A DNA stretch of 64,000 nt from Octopus vulgaris (GCA_951406725.2 OX597815.1:177444001-177508000), one strand, 5' to 3'. Numbered from the stretch's first letter, positions 1 to 13,739 are shown. Notes: generated by a model not told the origin, from the sequence alone. Translations and numbers: made by a program.

Positions 1-530
1 CGATGCAGTGGTGCAGTCACACACTCTAACAGTCTGGGAAATTCCTTTCACCTGAACCGCTTTCTTTCTACTCGTTCTCATTCCAAGATACAAACACCAA
101 CATAACTGATTGATGACAATAACAAATCGCTTTCAGGTTGCACCATGAAAGAAATGTGTTATAACTTATAGCTTACTTTTTAATCGTTGGCAACTGTGAA
201 GTAGCATAAAATTTATTTATTAATGCATTTAAATGGATTTCACAGAATATTAAAAAAAAAAGCAAGGCCTATTTACAGAATGCGTCACACTGCACTGACT
301 TCAAATTCCTCATATGTACAACACAATTTCTCCCCAATAATTTTCAATGTTTATTCATCTTGCAGAAGAGCTGCTTAAATAGATTGTTAATCAACTTTAT
401 ACAAGTTTAAAACATTCTGCTATAAGTAAAACAACTTTATTATTGATAAGAGCGATAATGTACATGTTCAAAATTATATAATTTTTCGTTTCCCTTTTTT
501 TTTTAACTGAGGACTTTGCAGCTTGTCCAA

Positions 531-947
531 TACCTATTTCTTTACCACCCACAAGGGGGTAAACACAGAAGGCACAAACAAGGACAGACAGATGGATCAA
601 GTCGATTACATCGACACCAGTGCGTAACTGGTACTTAATTTATCGACCGCGAAAGGATGAAAGGCAAAGTCCGCCTCGGCAGAATTTGAACTCAGAACGT
701 AACGGCAGACGAAGTACCTATTTCTTTACTACCCACAAGGGGCTAAACACAGAGAGGACAAACAAGGACAGACAGATGGATCGAGTCGATTACATCGACC
801 CCAGTGTGTAACTGGTACTTAATTTATCGACTGCGAAAGGATGAAAGGCAAAGTCAGCCTCTGCAGAATTTGAACTCAGAACGTAACGGCAGACGAAACA
901 CCGCTAAGAATTTCGCCCAGCCTGCCTGTTTCTGCCAGCTCGCCGCC
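531..947 (-). mobile_element. tRNA-derived SINE family A (cephalopod-type), internally duplicated (~184-bp unit)
   Basis: On -: head GGCGGCGAGCTGGCAGAAAC, B-box-like GAGTTCAAATT, body GCCTTTCATCCTTTCG..GTCGATAAATTAAGTACCAG. Unit repeats at 531 and 715. Many copies in window. Confidence 0.85.
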
Positions 948-1316
948 TCAGTTTGTCCAATACGTTGATTTGCAACCTTATTCTGGCTTTAAATTCTAGA
1001 ATAGCTGACGCAGTCTTCATTATATATGACATTCAATTGTACATTAACACTTGTATAGATTGTATTCGATCGCATTGTGCTGTTGAATCGGATTGAAAGA
1101 AAGGAAAATGGAACGTGAGAAAAGATTTTCAGGTAACAGAGAACACTCTGGAAATGAAGAGTCTACAATGGTTTGGAAGGAAATTTGTAGAACCCAGTTT
1201 CGATATCACTGTAAACGCTTCCATTTTCTCTCGTTTCTATGAAATGACTCGGTAACCTGGAATCTATTTCGTGTTACTCCTGGTGTTCCACTGAAACTCT
1301 TTCTATATAATTTTTT

Positions 1317-1377
1317 CTGCTGCTGCTGCTAATACGGGTACCACTACTACAACTACTACTACTACTACTACTATTAA

Positions 1378-1452
<75 letters not shown>

Positions 1453-1535
1453 CATCACTACTACTACTACCATCACTACTACTACCATCACTACTACTAC
1501 TACTACTAATAATAATAATGATAATATTAATAATG

Positions 1536-1587
<52 letters not shown>

Positions 1588-1694
1588 TAATAATACCACC
1601 ACAAATATCAGCAGTAGCAGCAGCATCATCACCAATACACTTCCTCCTTCTCCTCCCCCTCCTCCTGATGCTCCTCCTCCTCCTCCTCCTCCTT

Positions 1695-1725
<31 letters not shown>

Positions 1726-1730
1726 CAATT
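1317..1730. repeat. compound trinucleotide microsatellite (CTA)n/(TAA)n/(CCT)n
   Basis: Seen directly. Explains the poly-S/I/V/L ORFs. Confidence 0.95.
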
Positions 1731-2029
1731 TTATCGTCACGGTCCTTTGTTTCTTTCTTTGCTGACTTTTTCACTTTCTCTCTTTCTCTCTGTCTGTCTC
1801 TCTATCTCTGTCTCTCTCTATCTCTCTCCCTCTACACACATACATTTATAATCGACTAGTCCCTTCCCCCAAAATTACAGGCCTTGTGCCTATAATGGAA
1901 AGGAATCTTCTTTTTCTTTTTCTTTTTCTCCTTTTTCTTTTACTTTTTCTTCTCTTTTTCTTCTTCTTCTTCTTTTTTCCTCTTCTTCTTCTTTTTCTTC
2001 TTATCATCCCCACCCAGCACAAAGCTATG

Positions 2030-2075
2030 TCTGTGACCGTACAGTTTCAGGATTATTTCCCTTCGTCGGCACAGA
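2030..2075 (-). ncRNA. type I hammerhead ribozyme motif (CCGACGA core variant)
   Basis: UCUGUG-CCGACGA-AGGG(AAAUAA)UCCU-GAAA-CU(GUAC)GG-U-CACAGA. One nt short at the cleavage junction relative to the sister copy. Confidence 0.7.
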
Positions 2076-2390
2076 ATAACTCTTCGGCTGAGATGGCGCT
2101 GCTAAACACCGGTCTAAAAATATATATGATTCTCTAAGTGACTCACATTCACTTATCTAATAAAATAGAAACTTTGTCGTTACTAAATCTCTCAACGGGA
2201 GATATTCAGTAGCAGCACTTTAAAGTAGTGATTTTTTTGCCAAGCAAATGTGGCAGTCCCATTTTGGCGCGAATGCTACTATTGTTTGGTCTCAGGAGAA
2301 TTCGTCTTCAGCTGGCTATACAACATACGATCTGTGTCCTTATATTTTCGAACATGAGCGGTTAGCACCCCCACCCAGAAATATGCAATA

Positions 2391-2437
2391 TCTGTGAATC
2401 GTACTATTTCAGGATTATTTCCCTTCGTCGGCACAGA
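2391..2437 (-). ncRNA. type I hammerhead ribozyme motif (CCGACGA core variant)
   Basis: UCUGUG-CCGACGA-AGGG(AAAUAA)UCCU-GAAA-UA(GUAC)GA-UU-CACAGA. 6-bp helix I, palindromic helix III loop, AUU triplet. Confidence 0.7.
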
Positions 2438-2815
2438 ATAACTCTTCGGCTGAGATGGCGCTGCTAAAAGTAATATATGGCATTATATATCATTGCACTG
2501 TTTTACGATATTGAGTACGGTTTTTTACAACATCATATTGACCCGTGTACATACTCTGCTGTGTAATGTGTTGATTTTTATACAACCACATGGTGAGCTC
2601 AAATATGTTCGCGTTAAAAGATGTAATTTGAAGAAACTTTACGTCTAAATACGTCAAGGTATATATTGTTTTTGGTTGGAGTTAGCGTTTCCCGCCGATA
2701 TAAACATGCACACTTGTATATTAGAAGCGAGTGAGTAGATTTGATTGTATGGATCTGTGGAGTTCTCATCATCTAACGTTCACTCACATCCCACGTTCAA
2801 TACATATGTACTTAC

Positions 2816-2925
2816 ACAAGAAGATGCAGAGAAACTGCGAATTCGGAACCACCGCTGAGACATGGAAACTCCTCTGAATCGATGCGGAAATTTTAGAAGG
2901 AGAGTTGGACTCAATTGGCATCCTC
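2816..2925 (-). CDS. candidate internal exon of an unidentified host gene
   Basis: Acceptor TTTCTTCTCTACGTTTTAG, donor GT|GTAAGT. Open phase-1 frame GCQLSPTLLLKFPHRFRGVSMSQRWFRIRSFSASSC. Confidence 0.5.
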
Positions 2926-4427
2926 CTAAAACGTAGAGAAGAAACTCAATTATGTTTAAACTGTTAACCATTTTTTCGCGATCTCCAGGGAAGGACAACA
3001 TCAAAACTAAACCAGTCACTAATATGTGAAGAAAACATCACTTAAAAAGACATATACGTATGTATTTATGCGATTCATTGTGTGAAGCTTGTTAACCTAC
3101 TTCTAGCTATAGCTATCACGTGGCTAACGATATGTGCATTAACATTCTGCTGACCTCACAATATTAGGCACCTGGCAGAACTACGTTCTTAAGTGTTGTT
3201 TCTAAATAGAAATATTACTTAAATAAAATGCAGCTGTTTATAGTTTAAACCATTATGGAATCAAAGAAGGCGAGGAAGTTCACTAAGATTGCTATGGTAA
3301 TGTATTGAGTCACTTAAAAAGAATATAACTTTATTCAAACCACGGAAAGGAGATTACTGTAGCGCGTTCTTATAGAATGAAATACAACTAGTGTTTTGAT
3401 CGAACGTCTCTGAAAACAGCTGGCTTTATACGACTTAAATCGCTTTTACACTATTCTCTGTAATAATATCTTTCTAAGGCAGCTGGTTTCCAAGTAAGGT
3501 TATAAGGTACTTCGTGATATATGGTGTTATTAATGTAATTACATATTTGCGTGACTGTATGGTTAAATAATTTACTTTGCGGCTATGCACTTTCCTTCTA
3601 TCTAATATCCCTGAGGCATTTGAGTGATTTCTCTTTTCTTGAGGCATAAAAAGAGCGATTTCGATAAGGTTATTAAACTTCAATGTGCAACTATGAGACA
3701 GGATGCGAATTATATACGCCTGATTCTATATTGAGAAACAAAATCTTGAATATGAACAAAGATTTGAATAATCTAAAGGTTTAATTGGCCTAATGAATTC
3801 TGCAAAACGTCTATGGAGATGCCAAAGTCAATAATATGGGATAAGAAAAATCAGATTCAACAGATTTTACAGTTCCAGGCATCATGTGAAAGAACAAATA
3901 TAGAACAATTAAGCCAGGCTGTTTGCAAGGAATAATTAAATATGGAGTAGCGTTTTATGTCATGGTTAAGATTTTAGAGTCCAAGAAGAGGAGAAATAAT
4001 TTTCTGTTCAAGCAATAAACTAGTCCAAATGTTTGCCAAAGAGTTTTAAAGATGCTTTAAGCGTTTATTACAGTGTATAAATTTGCAAGATGTAGGCTTA
4101 AACTATATAAGCAGGTTACCAATGTATTGTGAAAATCTAGGATCTTAATCCAATACTTGACATATCATAACATCTTGATAAAGCGTTATACGTAATCAGC
4201 AAACTTTATTAAGACTTCAAAGAATCATTGACCGAACATTGATTACGTGTATATAAATTTACTTTATAAAATCTAATCAAACCCATGTCTATTTGGAGGA
4301 AACGCCTGGTAATTGCTAAACGATAGCCTAGAAGCAATAATTAACTTTGGATAATTGTGCGTAAAGTTAGCATAAGGACAATCAATGTAGCGTTTAAATA
4401 TACTCCTCATAAAGCTATGTCTATCTA

Positions 4428-4563
<136 letters not shown>

Positions 4564-4959
4564 CCAAATTAATAGGGAAGAACATGAGAAGAAATCATTG
4601 AGGTAATCCAGGTAATATCAAATGTAAACTGTAAATCGAAGGAAGAGTATCGATTATATGCTTAGTGCATTCATTCCTGATTTCAATAAAAATAAATAAA
4701 TAAAGTCGGAAATATTCCATATTCAGTCTGCAAAGATCGCTTCAGTTCTCAATAACTTCTTTTATCGATAATCGCGATGGGTTCTACACATAGAAGTTAC
4801 GTAAATGCATTCGATATCAGACTAGAGTGCCTTACTTCACTCTTCCTACTTGCTACAATGGTAATCTTGAAAAAATATATTGGTTTACATAATGCATTTA
4901 ATTTCTTACGTATAGTCCTTTATAATATAAGTAGAGGGTGTGGATTTTGTGTTGAGGGG

Positions 4960-5092
4960 GACATTCGATCACATCTACTCCAGTATTCAACTTATCGACC
5001 CAGAAAGCGGAATTTGAACTCGGAACGTAACGGCAGACGAAATACCGTTAATAATTTCACCCGGCGTGCTTACGATTCTGCCAGCTCCCCGA
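4960..5092 (-). mobile_element. SINE family A fragment
   Basis: GGAATTTGAACTC.GAACGTAACGGCAGACGAAATACCG matches other copies. Confidence 0.75.
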
Positions 5093-5130
5093 CTTTATTT
5101 CCACTCGGAGTATAAACTTATAGCCTTAAC

Positions 5131-5197
<67 letters not shown>

Positions 5198-5199
<2 letters not shown>

Positions 5200-7165
5200 G
5201 TTTCTTTATGAGCCACACAGAGCTGCACACATACGGGACAGATTACAAAGTAGCGCTTTTCTTTTTTGGGAAAAAAAAAGAAGTGGGGTAGGTTTTCGAT
5301 CAAAAGGGATCGTAAAAGGGGAAGAAGAAAAAAAAGAAAAAAGGAAAAGAAACAAAAGAAAAGAAAAAAGAAAAAAAGGAAAAAAGGGGAAAAACGATGA
5401 ATAGGGATCGTGTATCACAGTGTCATGATGTAAGGCGTAAAAGGGGAAACAGATAAGGTTTATCCGAGGGAAGAAAAGCCTACGGAAAAGACCACGGTAA
5501 CCTTGGTCAATATTGTTACATGTTACCACATTTGTTTCCAAGTGGGTAACCCTCTGTTTTAAATTTCCGGGTTCATAGGATTATGCTCAAGGTGGCTTCG
5601 TCATTCATACGTGCCATCCTTGCTGCATTCACCCATCTTTTTTAAAAACATTCGCTAGACAAAACATGCTTCTCTACTCTCACTTTCCTTTTCAAGTGAT
5701 ACTTGAAGAAGGTTGAATGAGAGATTGACCAGAGAGGAAAGTGTTTGTCTCCAATCCTTTCAGACGCGTCCACCAGATACATTGTTACGCCATAGCCACA
5801 AGTATGATGAAAATAGCTCTTCCTTCCCGTTTGAAGGAAGGGGGTGTGACAATATTGACCATAGACTCGGCTGATAAACCGACTCGTCCCACCCGTGACA
5901 GCAGTCGTTCGACATATGCCCACAGGTCGGAGATTGTTGGACACTGCACGAGTGCGTGCAAAACGGTTTTGTCGCTCTGACCGCATCTCGGGCAGGTCGG
6001 CCCTGTGTTTCGCGAGCCGTGTCTGTAAAGCTTATCCCGAACGGGTAGCGCTTCTCGGTAGCACTGCCAGGCCAGGGATCTCTGGAAGTTGTCCTGAACA
6101 GGCGGGTCAGGTATTCCTCGTCGACGTCCAGGTTCGCCCCGAGCTCGTCGTCGTACCTCCCCTCCACTATTCCTCTATAGAATGCTTGGGTTGTGTTGGA
6201 GTCACTCAAGGTCGACCCAGGACGGCAGAGTTGCTTGAGAGCAACGCGACACTCGCGGTGCCATTCGCCCTTCCTCGGCCTCTTTTTGATCCACGACTGC
6301 GGTTCAGTCATGGAGACGAGTTGCGGGAGAACGTGCCTCACAAACGGCGACCACACCTGTTTACCGTCGTCTACATAGAGCCGGAGATGTCGCAGTCTTA
6401 GTGCGTGTCTGCACATCATCAACCACGGTATGCCCAGTCCTCCTTTTAACGGGTGTTGACAGCAAATGGATCGCCTGACCATTGGGACGCATCCTTTCCA
6501 CAAGAAGCGAAAGAGAATGCGTTCTAGTTTGGTGATGGTAGGGTCGGGACAAGGCACGACGGTCAGGCGGTAGTAGATGACGGACGCGATGTACGCGTTC
6601 GCCACCTCCGCCCGACCTTTTAGGGACAGTTTCCTCTCGGCCCATTGCCCGGCGAGAGTCACCACCCTACTCGTTATCTCATTCCAGTTCTTCTCCGGAG
6701 GTCCGGAGGTCCGGACCAAGCCAGACCCTGAGCAACTCGACCGGACCGTCGGTTCAGCGTCCGACAACGGAGGCGCTGGTGGACGGCATGGGGTAACTTC
6801 TCCAGGTGCCGAGTCGCAAGCCCACTGATTTTTTCCCCGTTGATTTTCGCTCCTGTCACCGCTTCGTAGTTTTTCAGTGTCTCGCCGACCTGCTCGATGT
6901 GCTCGTGGCTAGACACTATGACGGTGACGTCGTCCGCGTATGCAGACGAACTCGTCCCGCATCCCAGTTCTCGCGGTATGCCCCTCAGAGTTGCCAGCTT
7001 CCGCAATAATGGCTCGAGAGTCAATACGTAGAGAAGCGACGATGTCGAAAGGTCTCGATAGATGTCCATTTACGCGAATTACCGAACGGATGCCTTTCTA
7101 CAAAGCGGCTATCCAGCCGCGGAAGACGGGTCCGAAACCAGCCGCTCTGAGGACATCTTCCAAGT

Positions 7166-7166
<1 letters not shown>
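5198..7166 (-). mobile_element. 5'-truncated Tx1/L1-clade non-LTR retrotransposon (frameshifted RT 3' half + 3' UTR)
   Basis: Peptides YLEDVLRAAGFGPVFRGWIAAL, LLYVLTLEPLLRKL, SAYADDV, W..RKLSLKGRAEVAN, HPLKGGLG. Flanked on both sides by (GATA)n. Confidence 0.9.
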
Positions 7167-7258
<92 letters not shown>

Positions 7259-7894
7259 TATAAATAGACAAGTAGATATAGCGTCATAACTACAGATTTG
7301 TAGCGCACCAGAAATTTTTGATTCATAACTTCCAGCAAAAGATATACCTCTTAACGAAATTTTCCACAATTACCGCTGAGTTGCTATGGATGAAGAGTAT
7401 ATCAAGATTTATGAGAAAGAATCTTTCCGAGTGGGTGCGCAGAGGAGTTTCGGAAAATTCACACAATTCGAATTTTTTACTTCATAACTTTCAGGAAAAT
7501 TAATATCTTTTAATGAAACTTTACTCAAATACCTTTCAAACGGCATAGATTACGAAAACTTTGACGTCACTCAGTTTTGATGGGGATTTTCTCCATTTTT
7601 TTTTTAACCAAAGCCTTCGAAATAATATGGAATTTTTGTCTAGAACTCCACCCAGGAGCCTTTTCGGTAAAAAATATTTTACGAATTGTTAATATTTTCA
7701 GAGGGAAAAGTGAGTTATTTAAGGCAGATTTAATAAGATAAAATTATGAAGAACACTAGAAAAAGTTTGACTAAAAACAAACATAAGATCAAGGAACAAG
7801 GTAGTGAGTAATGTTTTCCTTATAACTAACACATATAAACACATACCAACAAACATACACATACAGGGAAAAGAATTTACATGACGGCATCGAC

Positions 7895-7933
<39 letters not shown>

Positions 7934-8369
7934 CACACAGACACACACACACTTACACGCACACAGACACACACACAGACACACACACAGACACACACAC
8001 TGAGACACATGCATGTATGTATATATGTTGATGAATATGTTTGTCAGTTGTATTAAGGTAAGACTATAAATAAAATATTTGCCTATAAAATACACACATA
8101 AATATATGCATGACACACACATGCACGTATGTAGTTTGATGATTACGACGAACAGTTGTATTATGGCAAAGATATAAAAACATACATGCATATAAACTAC
8201 ACACAGTGATACACACATAAACACACACATACATGCATGTATGATGATTGTGATGATCAGCTGTATTAAGGTAAAATTATAAGATACATGCCTATATGCA
8301 AGCAGTGTGTGCATTTATGAATATCGTTAAAATGAAAATGAACAAGAACTCAAACATTTCTAGCATTGT

Positions 8370-8600
8370 TATGAAAAAATTGACGGATATTTGAAATTTG
8401 GTCTTTTCCTCAATAATGCAACAAACATGTCAGTGTGAATTGATTTATATCTGGTTCTGTTTTGTGGCAAATAAACATACTCTTGTCCACATCCTGCCAT
8501 TTTAAACGTACCACCTGCTTGCACATAATACACATTCTGAGGCTGTTTGGCAGTTAAACAAGAGGCATTTATATATTTATGTAAGTCTTTGTAGATATTG
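8370..8600 (-). mobile_element. possible Penelope-like GIY-YIG remnant
   Basis: Frame INASC...NVYY...AGCGQEYVY resembles the PLE endonuclease C..viY..C..C..YiG pattern. Degenerate. Confidence 0.3.
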
Positions 8601-10314
8601 TTTATTTCTCTTGGATAGATTTACCATGTGAAAAAGAAAATCATTACCGATACTTTTTTTTTTCACAATGGAACAATTTTTCCCGTCATTTTTATAATTG
8701 TCCTTTTAGTCTTCTATTTTGACATATAGTTCATAAACCGCCAGAAAGTGAATGATTTACATGCTATGAGTGTGTAGGCCGATTGAATGTAATAGGGGGC
8801 GCTACGTACGAACAGTACGGTTTGAATTGAAATTCTACGCAAATTGAGTTTGTTTGTCAACATCAAGGATCGATAAAAGACTGCCACTCACACAGTTGAT
8901 CAAGATAAAAAAATATTGCAGAAAAATTTAATTCTTCAAATGTACGGCTGCCTAAAATTTCCGTGGAAAAACTTGGGTTGGAATACTAAATCTCTTAACT
9001 ATATGATTTTATGGTTTAATTTCGAATATATGCTTTATTAATCCTATCTGCATTCACGTCAACTTTGTTGTTCAAGTGTTTACGTTTTACTAAGTTGTAC
9101 AAATCATAAACCTGGTTTATTTGAATATCGATTTTAATAATCGAAAGTAAATTAAACTATATTTCATTTAGTGAAAACAATACCGAATATGAAAGTCAGT
9201 ACTTTGGATAGACTGAATAGATATGTATAATATGTCGCAAATTTGAAGTCAATTCTCAGTTTCATGTTTGGTCCACCTGCTCATGAATGTACACACAGCA
9301 GTCGTAAAACAGACCAACCCGGATGAACATCGGTCAGAATAATCTGTCAAACCGTGATAGTGATAGTAATCATCATTCACACTATAAAGAGCACCAATCC
9401 GCTCAGGCGCACACACACGCACACAGACACACGCTCTCTGAGTGCTCTTGTTATTATTATTTCATTTGTGTATGAGCATTATTCAAACGATCTTTGTTAT
9501 ATACTTTGATCAAGCAAATATATCTGATCTAACATAAGGAAGAACAGTCATATTCGAAGCACTTTTCGTATTCTTGTTAAAAGAGGAATTAGACAGTATA
9601 TCTACCTGAGACTAATTGACAATATTGCCAGCGATGAGAATTCAGATGAATACATTTCTATCAGTAATTGAATATAACGGAGAAAGTTGCTTATTAATTG
9701 GTTCGAATTATGTAACGTTTAGTAAGAGACACCAATTATTAGAGGCTAAACTGGCCCAATTTTTTTTATACATTTCAGTTTTGGTATATATATATTTTCA
9801 TTGAATATTTCAAGTAAAATCTTCAATCACAAATCTCATTCAATGCCATATTTCACTTTTCTGCGTGGTGGCGTCTTCTAACGTCTGTTATAATTCTGGA
9901 AATATGAAGGTAACCCAAATATTTGCCACGCTAATTAATCCAAATTATAAGTTTGCTCTAGTATTTAAATTATATTGATTGCAATATATTTTCATAATTT
10001 TTGAGTCGTGTAGAAGAAATAGAAATAAGTAAAAGAAGAGTGGTTTAATTTCCATCAATTCAGCAAAACTACAGACGTTTGCCCTCCCCCTTTTCCCTTC
10101 TCCTATGTATCAGAAATCGAGTATATTTTAATGGGATTTTCAAAAAATTACTTTCGGATTGTTGTAGATTACTATTATAACGGAATTCAATGGGAAAAAA
10201 AGAAAAAAGGCTAAAGCGCTGGGATTTGTACTTATATAGCATGGCCTGCTGAGCACATTTTATGAAAATGAGAACTAACATACACACATAAAAACCAAAA
10301 AATAGTTAAAATAC

Positions 10315-10350
10315 CTTCGTAGTATATAATGGTGGCAAATTTTACATCAT
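10315..10350 (-). CDS. candidate 36-bp exon (phase 1-1)
   Basis: ACTAAT branch-like site + GCCTTTTCAG acceptor, AG|GTATTT donor. Encodes DVKFATIIYYE. Phase-compatible with 2816-2925. Confidence 0.3.
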
Positions 10351-10569
10351 CTGAAAAGGCATTAGTTGAACTATTTAGTCCGTTTGCATTCTGGGGTGGA
10401 AGGTATCGGAGTGTTTGAATGACATTAGACAAACAAAAATCAGTGATCACATGAGTCTCAATATGTAAAACAAAATATTTGTAATTAAAACCCGAAAGCG
10501 TTAAGAAAACCAAGTCAAACTGCATGACATCTTCCTCCATATTTTTCATATGAAATCTTCATATAATAG

Positions 10570-11030
10570 GCACAGATGTGGCTCTCTGGAAACGAGTGTG
10601 CTTCACAACCACGTCCTTCCAGAATCAGCGCCACTATGTGGCAATTTGGGCAAGTGCCTTCTACTAGGTCATCGAGCCAATCAAAGCCTTGCAATTGGAT
10701 ATTGTTCAAGGAAACTGAAAGTAGCTTGTATACTTATATGTGTGTGTGCGTGTGTGTATGTGAGTGTGTGTGTCCCCGGGTGTGATTCTGTGTGTGTGAG
10801 GCAGAGAGAAAGAGATTTTTTTATGTGTTCGTGTTGCCTCCAACGCTTGATAACCGGTGTTCGTGTGTTAAATCCCCGTAATCTAGCGGTTTGGCAAGAT
10901 AGTCGGATATAATAAGTACCAATATTTGAAAGAAAAAAATATTTGTAAGGAGTCGATTCGTTCAACTAAAAGTTATTCAATACAGTACTCCAGCAGGACC
11001 GCAGTCTAATGACTGAAACAAGTAATTGAT
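10570..11030 (+). mobile_element. degenerate SINE family B
   Basis: TTGGGCAAGTG, GGAAACTGAAAG, tail CAGTCTAATGACTGAAACAAGTAA. Confidence 0.75.
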
Positions 11031-12613
11031 TAAAGATGTCATGATTTACACCTTCTGGAAATTATTTTTATCGTTCACTTGTTTCAATCATTAGACCGTA
11101 GCAATGAGGAAATAAATTTGAGGTGTGTGCATTGCCTGAAACGTCTCTGCTACAAGGTTTCCCCCCATATATTCCAACATATTTAGAATCGACATCATCT
11201 GAAAATTATTTATAGAAACTTTCATCAATAAATATCCATTTTGCAGAATATTACGAGCAAACAAAATCGTTGGTGCACTTTTCTATAGTTATGTTCCAAT
11301 TTACTGCGTGAGTGGGAATTATTTAACGAATAAAGCATTCTATGGAGAATTTGACCATAACATATTAGAAAAATTACGCAAATTGGCAATCAAATGTGTA
11401 ATATTAATAGAAGTTTATCTATTTATGAAACAACAAGTTTTCTCTCATTTTGTTTAACTCTGTCTCCAAATAGTTCCATTGCAGGACGCTCAGAACCATG
11501 ATTCTTTCCTAATGTCTCTTGTATAATAAAGGTTTGACCGAACGTGTAGCGTTACAAATTGTAGAACTGCATTCAATGTTTTGGTATGCATTCGCAATTA
11601 TTCAAGACGATTTTAAAATATAAATCAGTACGAGTTACCATTATACACTCATTATATATTATACTATTATAGGTTTTTGCTACACAATATGTCCTTCATA
11701 GATTATACCTTGGAAGATTGTCCTATCGATGCGCAAGGAACCTGTAGTTTCATTATGGCTCTTGTTTTGTTTTTTTATTCAAATCTGGCGTGGTAATATC
11801 ACATTTAATGAGGTTTTCTTGTCATTACCTTAAAACTGGTGTGAAAATTTCCATTAATTTGCATAACAAATGTTTTTGTATTTGAATTGGCTGCAGTGCT
11901 ATATTCTTAAAATAATATTTACTATTCTCCATTTCTTCTTTACAAAACCTCCTCTACAATACGATAATTATTTTCTTGTTGCTATTTAAAATTATTTGGG
12001 CTTTTTTTCTTATTTTGCAACTCTATACTATTTATTGCGTAAAAAATAACCTAATTGTGGAAGTCAAACGCCTCTTTAAATTTATGTTCAATATAATCTT
12101 ACCGAAACTGTTTTCGCAAGGAGTTGCTCTAATGACGTTAGGAATTTATTCCTTTAATTTTATGGTAATGTTCATTATTTCTTTTCCCTGGTCATTAAGT
12201 TAATTATGTTTAAAGAAATATTGCTGAAATTTTAAAATGTTTTTGTAACTCTATAATATTCAGTTAGAAAATAATTATAACAAACAACTTTAGTTTAGGA
12301 TATTATTTTGCACATGAAGAAATATTCTTATATCGTGCAGTATTTTATTTTTATTAACTCTATTGATGTGCAGCTTGAATTACCGTTTCTATTTATTTCT
12401 TCGTTGAGTTTACACCAGTTCAAGTTCCTTTCATTGTATGTAATGCCAACCATAGTTTCAAAAACAGCATATAAAAGCACCCTTAATGGCTATCACATTA
12501 GCTGACTCTTCTGAAAGATGGCAATAATGCATTTAGTGTAATTAACCATCTTAAGATTACTTTATATAGGAAGATGACGAACTACAAGCAGAAATTTAAT
12601 ATCAAGGAAATAA

Positions 12614-12668
12614 AATTCAACAAGACACGCACGCATTCATTCTAAACATACCCACGCGCACAATCACA

Positions 12669-12708
<40 letters not shown>

Positions 12709-12709
12709 T

Positions 12710-12742
<33 letters not shown>

Positions 12743-12826
12743 CATATATGCTATAGAATTCAACAAGACACGCACGCATTCATTCTAAACATACCCACAC
12801 GCACAATCACATACTATATATATATA
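12614..12826. repeat. local tandem duplication of a ~60-bp unique segment adjoining (TA)n
   Basis: AATTCAACAAGACACGCACGCATTCATTCTAAACATACCCAC at 12614 and 12757. Confidence 0.9.
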
Positions 12827-13739
12827 GCATATAACATATATGTGTGCGCGGGTGTATAACCACACGTGTGCATAGTGGAGGGCGCATGTCATTGTTTCAC
12901 TTATAGATCCATGATATTTACTTACATCAGACTTTTGCAGAACGAAATCAACAAACGTGATTATTTTCCAGCCTTTCTATTGCGTATTTGTATTTTCCAG
13001 CAAGCTCTGTGTTCTGAGACAATATTTGTACATGTTTGTCACGTAGCGCACTAGTCATAATTTCAATTCTTTTGTGTGACATAACATTCGTCTTTTAAGA
13101 AATAATTTAATTGTGTTATTTGTTTACTGTATTTTTGAGGTTGTCAAAGATGCGTACAGCATACGTGAAAATGTATAAGTTCTAGTGTTTGGTGAATCCC
13201 ACATTGCCATCACTTTCATGAAACATTTAAAATACATGTTTATGTATTTCAAAAATATAAAGGAAGATTCATGCTTAGTTTAATCATCTCAAGAAAGAAA
13301 TAAAATCTAAAATTTCAGTCGATGGTGACATATTTCTCTTATAATAACTTTGGCGACTTAACAATTCTTTCGTTGATACAAGAAAACGACAACAGAAAAT
13401 TCTGTTTGATTTATTCACTTGGAAAGGGAATTCTGTAAAATGAATATATATTAGTGAAAAAAATAAACATTTTAAAACTCTATAGTCTTAGATATTTTGT
13501 TTCGGTTTTCTTTCGGATACATCTTTTCTTTGTGTCTCATTCGGTATATTTTGTTATGGTTATCTAGCGACAAAAAGTTTGTCTATTTTACTTATATAAA
13601 ATACATAAGACTAATTTGAATAACCCACTTATGCTTTGTATATGTTTTAAGTATCTTGATAATATGTAAGGCATTTATTTATTGAAAAGGGAAATTGGAA
13701 GGTTGGACGAGCATATCTTACCTAAGTCATTAATGTTGA

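Larger units (their letters stand above)
2007..2468 (-). mobile_element. retrozyme-like tandem element, ~362-bp unit bounded by two hammerhead motifs
   Basis: Direct repeats 2007-2106 and ~2368-2468 (offset 362), each containing an HHR. Body homologous to 59393-59940. Confidence 0.75.

Noticed and set aside
1274-1859. Poly-S/I/V/L/G ORFs
   Set aside because: Translations of trinucleotide microsatellites.
5741-7173. + strand ORFs over the Tx1 element (and likewise over the 53-56 kb LINE)
   Set aside because: Antisense shadows of retrotransposon coding sequence.
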